From positions 2,789 to 66,788 of the forward strand of contig DSBL01000136.1 of assembly GCA_011049455.1 (NCBI GenBank): a stretch of 64,000 bases of DNA, written 5' to 3'. This DNA is from Desulfonatronum sp. (GTDB taxonomy: Bacteria; Desulfobacterota; Desulfovibrionia; Desulfovibrionales; Desulfonatronaceae). The translations under genes were made by a program, and so were the position numbers. A model generated the notes under the pieces. The model ran no database searches and was not told the DNA's origin. It saw nothing but the letters and a program-made list of their open reading frames with translations. Every line of letters begins with the position of its first letter. The first letter of the stretch is position 1. Positions 11,883 through 20,116 of this stretch are shown here, piece after piece.

Positions 11883-12084
11883 CATCCGCCGGGTGTTTGT
11901 CGTGCCGCGGCCTTGCATCTGGGAACTTCATCCTTGACCATCTTGTGAGATCTTCAAAAGGGCTTCCCGTCGCCCTCCAAGCGCAACCCCTCCACATCGG
12001 ATCCAACATTAATTTCGAACAATTTTTTAGAATTGTTGATGACAAACACATTGTCAGCAAGGCTGGCGATCGACCGAAATGCGC

Positions 12085-13689
12085 TCAAAGCAACCATTCA
12101 ATGGGCAACAAGGAGATGAACCTGACCCCGGTGCGCTTCCAAAACCCCACACCAGGTTCTGAATCATGACGTATTGTTCCATCTTTGTCCTGTTCAAGCC
12201 AATACAGTCGTCCGTCCTCGGCCAAACGGACTTCATAGGCGCTAAACGGCACAAGGGCATCAAAGGTGCCTTTAATTTTCGCGGCCAATGCCGGACTCTC
12301 GATGACAAAACCGAGCTCGGTATTCAAGTTTGTTGACCGTGGATCGAAATTGAAAGATCCGACAAAGACTAACGTCTTATCAACGGAAAAAGTCTTGGCA
12401 TGGAGGCTTGATCCGGAAGTCACGAACAAACCGACGCCCTTACGCTGTCGCGTGTTCGGAGCGATTCTCCGTAATTCGTACAAGGTGACCCCGGCTGCGA
12501 GCAAATCTTTACGCCACTTGGCATATCCGGCATGCACAGGCGCTACATCCGTTGCTTCAAGGGAATTTGTCAGCACCCTGATGTTCACACCTTGCCTGGC
12601 CAAGGCGGAAAACGCCGAAACTCCCGCGGCAGTTGGCACGAAATAGGGCGAGACCAATTCCATATCCATTGTCGGAACGCCGATGATCTCTCGAAGTTGC
12701 TCAGGCAACATGGCCTCAGGCTCGGCCCTGCCCAGTCCTTTGGCCGGATCATCGCTGACCATGCGAATTTCGGTCCATTCCATGGCAAGATTTCCGATCA
12801 ATAAGTTCGCTATGAAGGGGGTGTCGCGCAATGCATCAATATAAGCCTGGGCCGCTACGCTTTGCTCGGCACTTCTCGCGGTTTCGGCGAGCTGATCCAG
12901 CGTGGATGAGGGAATGGACTTTAAAATCAGTTCACCGGGATAAGACGATTCACTGGCCCAATAACGGTCAAAATCGGCGGTCACCTCATCGACCACTGGA
13001 CCGACGGCCAAAATGTCCAGGTCGGCAAAAAGCATGCCCTCAGCGGCGCCGAAGTACTCGTCCCCGATGTTCCGGCCACCGACAATGGTGACTTGGTTGT
13101 CCACGGTAAACGACTTGTTGTGCATTCGCCGGTTGCACCGCGAAAAATCAAAAAAATAATCTTTAAGACGTAACTTGCGGCTTACAAATGGATTGAACAA
13201 CCGCACCTCGATGTTCGGATGAGCATTCAGCGCGGCGAGGACCATGTCCAGTCCCGGGGTATTGTTGTCGTCAAGCAGCAATCTCACCCTCACCCCGCGA
13301 TCAGCGGACTTATGCAAGGCCTCGAAAAGCAAGGTTCCAGTGAGGTCTCCATGCCAGATGTAATACTGAGCATCCAGCGTCTTTTCGGCCACCCCGGCCA
13401 AAAGCATCCGGGCGGCAAAAGCATCCATGGCATTGGACAATGGAATAAAACCGTTTTTGCCAGGATGCTCTTCCATACCTCGGGAAACGGCCTGTCCCAA
13501 GCGAGTCGCCCTGGATTCGTCAAGAGACAGACCGGTTGAAACAGCTCTATTCTCCAGTTCGGGCAAAGAGGCGCAGCCTGCGATGAGACATGCAATCAAT
13601 GAAAAAATTATACGCAACCAATAAGAAAGCCTTTCTTTTCGGGAAACCATGCTGTAATGGCATCGATTCACTTTTTCTTGATGGTTCAT
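12085..13689 (-). CDS. Phospholipase D family protein, cardiolipin synthase C (YmdC/ClsC)-like
   Basis: Two HKD motifs (RMHNKSFTVD, LHAKTFSVD), GGRNIGDEYF, GSFNFDPRS..LNTE. Confidence 0.9.
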   Translation of the reverse strand: MNHQEKVNRCHYSMVSRKERLSYWLRIIFSLIACLIAGCASLPELENRAVSTGLSLDESRATRLGQAVSRGMEEHPGKNGFIPLSNAMDAFAARMLLAGVAEKTLDAQYYIWHGDLTGTLLFEALHKSADRGVRVRLLLDDNNTPGLDMVLAALNAHPNIEVRLFNPFVSRKLRLKDYFFDFSRCNRRMHNKSFTVDNQVTIVGGRNIGDEYFGAAEGMLFADLDILAVGPVVDEVTADFDRYWASESSYPGELILKSIPSSTLDQLAETARSAEQSVAAQAYIDALRDTPFIANLLIGNLAMEWTEIRMVSDDPAKGLGRAEPEAMLPEQLREIIGVPTMDMELVSPYFVPTAAGVSAFSALARQGVNIRVLTNSLEATDVAPVHAGYAKWRKDLLAAGVTLYELRRIAPNTRQRKGVGLFVTSGSSLHAKTFSVDKTLVFVGSFNFDPRSTNLNTELGFVIESPALAAKIKGTFDALVPFSAYEVRLAEDGRLYWLEQDKDGTIRHDSEPGVGFWKRTGVRFISLLPIEWLL

Positions 13690-13771
13690 GTCCGTCTTTG
13701 CCTTGTTTGTTCAAGTCTGCTAAATATAAACAAAAAGCAGTAACAATAAGAATATATTGAGAGAATATGAG

Positions 13772-15124
13772 ATGCGTAAGGGAAGTGTATGCAATATTGG
13801 TTTGTTTTGTCTTCTGGCCTGTATGGCCGGGTGTTCCTTAATCACTTCACAGCCTGTTGAACCGTACCCTCCGGTTCCACCCTTGACTTATGCACCTCGT
13901 CCTGCGGCCCACGTCATCCCAGGTGTGGAAGTGCTGCTGGATAAAACCTGGATGATCTCCCGCAGCGGAGAGCAGGAAAGGCACCGCATGATTTCGTTTT
14001 TTGATTTACTGATCAAAGGACGCACCGTGGGCCTGCTGACCAATCCCACGGGCGTGAACACCGCACTGCATTCCACCATAGACCTTTTACACGAACACCC
14101 CGAAGTCCGGTTGGGCGCGCTGTTTGCTCCAGAGCATGGCATCCGCGGTGATTTGTCGGCTGGAGACGAGGTGACAGACGGCATTGAACCCAAAACCGGA
14201 GTGCAGATCTTCAGCATCTATCGCCGCAAACCCACGTCGGAAATGCTCGCCGGATTGGACGCCGTGCTCTACGACATTCAGGACATCGGTGCGAGCTCCT
14301 ACACCTACATCTATGCCATGGCCCAAATGATGGCCGCTTGCGCAAAGTCCGGCGTGCCCTTCATCGTCCTGGACAGACCCAATCCCGTGGGAGCAGACTA
14401 CATTGACGGCCCGGTCCTGGATACGAGCAGATTTTTCAGCGGCATAGGCCAGTACGACATTGCCTATATGTACGGCATGACCCCTGGAGAGCTGGCCCTG
14501 CTGATCAACCGGGAATTTTTGGATAAACCCTGCAAACTGTCCATTGTCCCCATGGCCAACTATTCGCGTCGAATGCGCCACCACGATACGGGACTGTCCT
14601 GGGTACCCACTTCCACCCATATTCCCCAGGCCAGCACGGCCCTGCACTACAGCCTGACCGGAGTCATCGGGGAAATCGGCGGCGTGAGCACCGGCGTAGG
14701 TTACACCCTGCCCTTTGAGTGCCTTACCGCGCCCTGGATCGACCGGGACAAACTGGTCGATGCCATCAATGCCAGGAATATCCCCGGCCTGCGCGCCCGC
14801 CCCATTTCCTACCAGCCCAGCTACGCCGCCTATGCCGGACAAACCGTGCACGGCGCACACTTGATGATCACGGATCAACGGGTCATCCGGCCGCTCAGCG
14901 CGCAAATCACTCTTATGGAAATTTTGCAGACCCTGTATCCGGAACGCAACCTTTTCACCCGGCCGGGCGCGGAGGAGAGCCTCTTCGACAAGGCCTTGGG
15001 CACGAATCTCATCCGGCTGATGATCGCCCAAGGCGCGAGTGCGGAAGCGATCCTGGAATCCCTCCGGCCTCGACAGGAAGCCTTTCGCCAGATGCGTGAC
15101 AAGTATTTGATTTATGATCAATGA
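13772..15124 (+). CDS. Exo-beta-N-acetylmuramidase NamZ (DUF1343/YbbC) family lipoprotein
   Basis: GLLTNPTG, LFAPEHGIRG, DIQDIG...YTY, VLDRPNP, YGMT.GE, W...SP-like TSTHIP; N-terminal lipobox MAGC. Confidence 0.88.
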   Translation: MRKGSVCNIGLFCLLACMAGCSLITSQPVEPYPPVPPLTYAPRPAAHVIPGVEVLLDKTWMISRSGEQERHRMISFFDLLIKGRTVGLLTNPTGVNTALHSTIDLLHEHPEVRLGALFAPEHGIRGDLSAGDEVTDGIEPKTGVQIFSIYRRKPTSEMLAGLDAVLYDIQDIGASSYTYIYAMAQMMAACAKSGVPFIVLDRPNPVGADYIDGPVLDTSRFFSGIGQYDIAYMYGMTPGELALLINREFLDKPCKLSIVPMANYSRRMRHHDTGLSWVPTSTHIPQASTALHYSLTGVIGEIGGVSTGVGYTLPFECLTAPWIDRDKLVDAINARNIPGLRARPISYQPSYAAYAGQTVHGAHLMITDQRVIRPLSAQITLMEILQTLYPERNLFTRPGAEESLFDKALGTNLIRLMIAQGASAEAILESLRPRQEAFRQMRDKYLIYDQ

Positions 15125-15312
15125 TCTCGAGACAATATCCCTTCTTAGCGTGTTCTCTTGAAGACTGCGTTTTGCGATGGCCTTCTCGCATTCCTGAAGT
15201 ATTTTGAACGTATTCACATCGACCATTGTCGAGTCGATCAAACCTGGCCAATATGATCGCTACAAGCCCATGACTTCTCTTTGGGGCTATTGTATGAATG
15301 AACAAGAAAGGT

Positions 15313-15984
15313 CTACCTGGAAGCAACTGCCACAGAGACCGTAATCCCCCCAACTGTGGCCCAGACTCGGGCTCCGCCTTCCGTCCCACTAAGATCAAGC
15401 AGGGCTTCAGCAATGCCGGCGTTGTTTGTTGTGGCCGTACTGCCGCATACAGTGCCTTCACATGCAAACGTGCCGTTGTTCGTGCTGAAATTCACGGTCA
15501 CTCCGGGTGCCGGATTGCCCCGGTTATCCGTAACAATGGCCCGGATTCGCCATCCCGTGTGTACTCCTGTTGTCCCGGTCCAGCTGAACGCCTCCAATCG
15601 GATATTGCCGATAACCACGCCCTCACCCACGGTGATGGTCACCGTGGCACGAGCCCCGCTCCCGAAGGAGGCTTCAACAATGTCCACGCCTTCACGATTG
15701 CCGGCCCGATAGATGGCCTTGGCTTCGCCATTGCCATCCAGCCGGTCATTGATCACACTTAGCTCCGCACCTGACTCGTTAACACGCAATGAGAAACTGA
15801 CCTTTTCGCCGAGTGTATCCCCGGTAACGCTGCCTTCAGACTTGGCTGTGATCGTGCTTCTTTCGCCAACATTGACCTGGGCAGGATCTGCGCTCAGCGA
15901 AACAGCAGTGACCGTGCTTCCCCCACCGCAGGAAGCCAAAAAAAAGAGTCCGAAAAGCATGACATAGGAAATGCGTTTATTCAT
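15313..15984 (-). CDS. Ig-like (Big_1/invasin-type) domain lipoprotein
   Basis: Lipobox LASC; two beta-rich repeats, second with AIVTDNRGNPAPGVTVNFS...ATTNNAGIAEA. Confidence 0.75.
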   Translation of the reverse strand: MNKRISYVMLFGLFFLASCGGGSTVTAVSLSADPAQVNVGERSTITAKSEGSVTGDTLGEKVSFSLRVNESGAELSVINDRLDGNGEAKAIYRAGNREGVDIVEASFGSGARATVTITVGEGVVIGNIRLEAFSWTGTTGVHTGWRIRAIVTDNRGNPAPGVTVNFSTNNGTFACEGTVCGSTATTNNAGIAEALLDLSGTEGGARVWATVGGITVSVAVASR

Positions 15985-16397
15985 GAGATTACTCCTTTCC
16001 TGTCGATATCGAGTTCCAAGGTCGAGTGGATGCTCCATGCGCTCCTTTACTATAATGAGTTCTGTTAAGTCTAGGCTATTCCCGCGTGAGAGTGCAAGGG
16101 GAATTTGTCGTGGTCATATGGATGAGAAATCTTATGCCTCTGCAAACACATACAGGGATGTCATTGTTCTTAACTTATTGAAAAAATAATTTTTTCATTC
16201 AATAAAAAATGCGCATGGTCAAGGGCGCATTGTATCCGCAAACCATTTCTCGCTGCATAATCACCGGCTGGAGGTTGTCATCAACCCGAGAAGCATTATT
16301 GTTACCTAACGCCGCATGGCGACACATGATCACTGTCCGATCTTTGGCCTTATGCAGCCATACCGGACGAAACGCGATCGTTGTCCCTGGAGTACCC

Positions 16398-17468
16398 ATG
16401 AAAACATGCATCATTCTCTTCGCATTGATCACATTCGCAACAGGACATTTTCCGGCCAACGCCAAGGAGAATCCCATGCCCACGCAACCCACCGCCCTGG
16501 CCACCTTAGCCGGCGGCTGCTTCTGGTGTCTGGAAGCGGACCTCAAAAAACTGGACGGGGTGCTGGAGGCCGTGTCCGGATACACCGGCGGGGATGTGGA
16601 CGATCCCGGCTATGCACAGGTCACCAGCGGCCGGACCGGCCATTTCGAGGCCGTACAGGTCCGCTTTGACCCGCAAATCCTTACCTATGAACAATTGCTG
16701 GACGAATTCTGGCAATCCATCGACCCCACGGACCCCGGCGGCCAGTTCGCTGACCGGGGTTCGCAGTATCGCACGGCCATCTTTTTTCACAATGACCATC
16801 AACGCCTGGCGGCCGAAGCGTCCAAACAGCGGCTGGAAGCCTCGGGCAAATTTTCGCGGCCCGTGGCCACCCTGATCCAGCCCGCAACGACCTTCTACCC
16901 GGCGGAAGAATACCATCAGGACTACGCCCGGACCAATCCTGGCCACTACCAGCGCTACCGGGTGCTCTCCGGCCGCCAGCCTTTTCTGGACAAACACTGG
17001 AGCGAACCAGCCCCGGATGTTGCGAGCAGCCCTCGTCCGTCAAACGCCGAACGCAAGGCACAGCTCAGCCCGATGCAGTATCAGGTGACGCAAGAAGACG
17101 GCACCGAGCCCCCGTTCAACAATGCCTACTGGGACAACAAGCAGGAGGGCATCTACGTGGACGTGGTGTCCGGAGAGCCCTTGTTCAGTTCCCTGGACAA
17201 GTTCGATTCAGGGACCGGCTGGCCCAGCTTCACCAGGCCGCTGCAAGCCGGGAACATCGTCGAACGCACGGACCGCAAATTGTTCATGCAGCGCACCGAG
17301 GTCCGCAGCAAGCAGGCAGACTCTCACCTGGGCCACGTCTTTGACGACGGGCCGCCGCCCACCGGCCTGCGTTACTGCATCAATTCCGCGGCCCTGCGCT
17401 TCATTCCCAAGGTGGATCTGGAACGCGAGGGATACGGTGAGTACGTGCAGCTTTTTGAAAAGCAATAA
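16398..17468 (+). CDS. msrAB: Bifunctional peptide-methionine sulfoxide reductase MsrA/MsrB
   Basis: Msr[27 protein letters not shown]; Msr[34 protein letters not shown]. Start at ATG 16398 gives a signal-peptide-like N-terminus. Confidence 0.95.
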   Translation: MKTCIILFALITFATGHFPANAKENPMPTQPTALATLAGGCFWCLEADLKKLDGVLEAVSGYTGGDVDDPGYAQVTSGRTGHFEAVQVRFDPQILTYEQLLDEFWQSIDPTDPGGQFADRGSQYRTAIFFHNDHQRLAAEASKQRLEASGKFSRPVATLIQPATTFYPAEEYHQDYARTNPGHYQRYRVLSGRQPFLDKHWSEPAPDVASSPRPSNAERKAQLSPMQYQVTQEDGTEPPFNNAYWDNKQEGIYVDVVSGEPLFSSLDKFDSGTGWPSFTRPLQAGNIVERTDRKLFMQRTEVRSKQADSHLGHVFDDGPPPTGLRYCINSAALRFIPKVDLEREGYGEYVQLFEKQ

Positions 17469-17511
17469 TTTTCGGGTACTACTCACTACTTTTGCATGAC
17501 GGATGCGAAGT

Positions 17512-17682
17512 GTTCCGGCTTGTCTCGATTTTTCGACATCGCCTGTCTGACTGAGCCAAGATTCGTTCATCGAACCATTGCCGGACGACTGAAGCGCCAA
17601 TCGTTGTTCATTCGAGCCATGGTTCGATGTTACGAAGCCGACGAGGAAGTTGCGAGGTCGAAAAATCGAGACAAGCTGGAAC
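17512..17682. repeat. 171-bp intergenic element with 31-bp terminal inverted repeats (MITE-like or structured RNA)
   Basis: 17512-17542 vs 17652-17682 match 29/31 as reverse complements; inner perfect 11-bp IR 17568-17578/17619-17629. Confidence 0.75.
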
Positions 17683-17686
17683 CCGG

Positions 17687-18232
17687 CTAACCAATTATAA
17701 TTTTTGAACTATTCAGCATTTTGTCCTGGTTGCCGGGTTTTGGGCTTGCCGAGTTCCCCATGCTCTCCGGCATGGGCGCGGCCACCACTTCCCCCCGCAC
17801 CCGCACCTCGCCCAGGGCCGATATCTCCACTTCCACCACCAGCTTGCGGCGCTTGCGCTGCGTGACCTTGGCGCGCAATTCCAACTCCACGCCCAAAGGC
17901 GTGGGCCGCAAAAAGTCCACATGCAGCGAAGCGGTCACAAAACGGCCCAGGGGAATGCCGCTTTCTTGCTCCTGGCTCTGCCGCTCGTCCTGGGCGGCGT
18001 GGGCCGCGGCCGTGGCCACGCCGTGACAATCCACCAGGGAGGCCAACAGTCCACCGTAGACAAAACCGGGCAAGGCAATATGTTCATCCCGCGGCGTGAA
18101 ACGGGCCACGCCTTCGGCCCCAGTCCACAACGTTTGGATATGCAGACCGCATGGATTGTTCCGGCCGCAGCCGTAACAATGGCTCAGCTCCTCGGCATAC
18201 TGGTGCTGGACAGGCATATCAGTCATTATCAT
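17687..18232 (-). CDS. PaaI/thioesterase superfamily protein
   Basis: [35 protein letters not shown]. Start 18232 or 18226. Confidence 0.85.
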   Translation of the reverse strand: MIMTDMPVQHQYAEELSHCYGCGRNNPCGLHIQTLWTGAEGVARFTPRDEHIALPGFVYGGLLASLVDCHGVATAAAHAAQDERQSQEQESGIPLGRFVTASLHVDFLRPTPLGVELELRAKVTQRKRRKLVVEVEISALGEVRVRGEVVAAPMPESMGNSASPKPGNQDKMLNSSKIIIG

Positions 18233-19871
18233 CCCTCAGCTTCTTGAAATGGTTGATTAGTCCGTTGGTGGACGAGTCATGGCCGGACACCGTCTCCTGG
18301 CCGGACAATTCCGGCAGGATCGTGTTCGCCAGCTGTTTGCCCAGTTCCACGCCCCACTGATCAAAGGAATTGATTCTCCAGATAGTCCCCTGCACGAAAA
18401 TCTTATGCTCGTACAAGGCGATCAGACTGCCCAGCACCCGCGGCGTGAGGAGCGGAAAAAGCAGAGAATTGCTCGGCCTGTTGCCGGGAAACACCTTGTG
18501 CGGCAGGATTTGCGCGATCCGTTCCAAACTTACGCCCGCGGCCTCCAGCTCCTGCCTTGCCTCATCCTCGGTCTTGCCCCGCATCAGAGCCTCGGTCTGG
18601 GCGAAAAAATTGGACAAAAGCATGGCATGATGCTCGCCCAGCGGATTATGACTGCGGGCCGGAGCCAGAAAATCCGCCGGAATGAGCTTGGTCCCCTGAT
18701 GGATCAATTGGTAAAAGGCGTGCTGGCCGTTGGTGCCGGGTTCTCCCCAGAGCACCGGTCCGGTGGAATAGTCCACTGTTTGTCCGTCGCGGTCCACCCG
18801 TTTGCCGTTGCTCTCCATGTCGCCTTGCTGAAAATAGGCCGGAAAGCGATGCAGATACTGATCATACGGCAAAATGACGTGGCTCTGGGCCCCGAGAAAA
18901 TTGTTGTACCAGATGCCCAGCATGGCCAAAATCACCGGCGCGTTGCTTTCCAAGGGACTGGTCCGGAAGTGCTCGTCCATGGCGAACGCCCCGTCCAGCA
19001 ACTCCTCGAACCGGTCCATGCCGATGAATATGGCGATGGACAGGCCAATGGCCGACCACAAGGAATACCGACCGCCCACCCAGTCCCAGAACGCGAACAT
19101 GTTCTGAGGATCAATGCCAAAGGCTCTCACCTTTTCCGTGTTCGTGGACAGGGCCGCGAAATGCTTGGCCACGGCCGCCGGGTCGCCCAAGGCCTCCAGC
19201 AGCCAGGACTTGGCGGAATGGGCGTTGGCCAGGGTTTCCTGGGTGGTGAAGGTCTTGGAGGCCACCAGGAACAAGGTTGTTTCCGGATCGCAGCGACGCA
19301 GGGTTTCCGTGATGTGCGTGCCGTCCACGTTGGACACGAAGTGCATCCGCAAGTCCGGGTGCCCATAGGGCTTGAGCGCCTCAGTGACCATCAAGGGACC
19401 CAGGTCCGACCCGCCAATGCCGATGTTCACCACGTCCCGCACCCGTCGCCCCGTAAACCCCCGCCACGTCCCCCCACGCACCGCTTCGCTGAACACACGC
19501 ATCTGCTTCAGCACGCGGCGCACGTCCGGCATCACGTCCCGGCCGTCCACCAGAACCGGCCGTTCGGACCTGTTGCGTAAAGCCACGTGTAGCACGGCCC
19601 TGTCCTCGGTGAAATTGATCTTCTCCCCGTTGAACATCTTGTCCCGCCAGGCCTCCACCTCGAAGTCCCGGGCCAAGTTCAGCAAGAGGTCCATGGTTTC
19701 GCGGGTGATGATGTTCTTGGAGTAATCCATCAGGATCTCCTCCACCACCAGGGAAAAGGATCGGAACCGCTCGGGATCAGCGGCGAACAAATCGCGCATC
19801 CTCCGCCTGCCCATGTCCGCGGCATGGACGGCCAGCGCTTTCCAGGGTGATGACGCGGTCAATGTGCTCAT
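18219..19871 (-). CDS. pgi: Glucose-6-phosphate isomerase
   Basis: [61 protein letters not shown]. Start ATG 19871 behind GGAGG. Confidence 0.98.
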   Translation of the reverse strand: MSTLTASSPWKALAVHAADMGRRRMRDLFAADPERFRSFSLVVEEILMDYSKNIITRETMDLLLNLARDFEVEAWRDKMFNGEKINFTEDRAVLHVALRNRSERPVLVDGRDVMPDVRRVLKQMRVFSEAVRGGTWRGFTGRRVRDVVNIGIGGSDLGPLMVTEALKPYGHPDLRMHFVSNVDGTHITETLRRCDPETTLFLVASKTFTTQETLANAHSAKSWLLEALGDPAAVAKHFAALSTNTEKVRAFGIDPQNMFAFWDWVGGRYSLWSAIGLSIAIFIGMDRFEELLDGAFAMDEHFRTSPLESNAPVILAMLGIWYNNFLGAQSHVILPYDQYLHRFPAYFQQGDMESNGKRVDRDGQTVDYSTGPVLWGEPGTNGQHAFYQLIHQGTKLIPADFLAPARSHNPLGEHHAMLLSNFFAQTEALMRGKTEDEARQELEAAGVSLERIAQILPHKVFPGNRPSNSLLFPLLTPRVLGSLIALYEHKIFVQGTIWRINSFDQWGVELGKQLANTILPELSGQETVSGHDSSTNGLINHFKKLRDDND

Positions 19872-19955
19872 GATACCTCCATCGCATTGTTCAAACATGA
19901 TCCGGATGGTCCAGTAAATCGCACAAAACCGGAAAAATCGCAAAACACGGTTCTG

Positions 19956-19988
19956 AGCTTGGTGCAAAAAATTCTTTTGCACCAAGCT
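19956..19988. promoter_or_regulatory. Perfect 14-bp-arm palindrome upstream of pgi
   Basis: AGCTTGGTGCAAAA-AATTC-TTTTGCACCAAGCT; no flanking U-tract. Confidence 0.5.
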
Positions 19989-20116
19989 TGTTGAAAGTTG
20001 ATGGTTTATAGTTGATTCAAAACAATGCGGTAAGAATTGTGATTATGTCTCGGCAAGATGGTTTTGGAATTTTTGCAGTGAGATCGGTTCCGGGCTTGGA
20101 AAAAACGAAACCCTGG

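Noticed and set aside
11954-12097. 47-aa minus-strand ORF overlapping the clsC-like stop (MVALSAFRSIASLADNVFVINN...)
   Set aside because: Protein-like composition but no SD or recognised family; may be a gene remnant.
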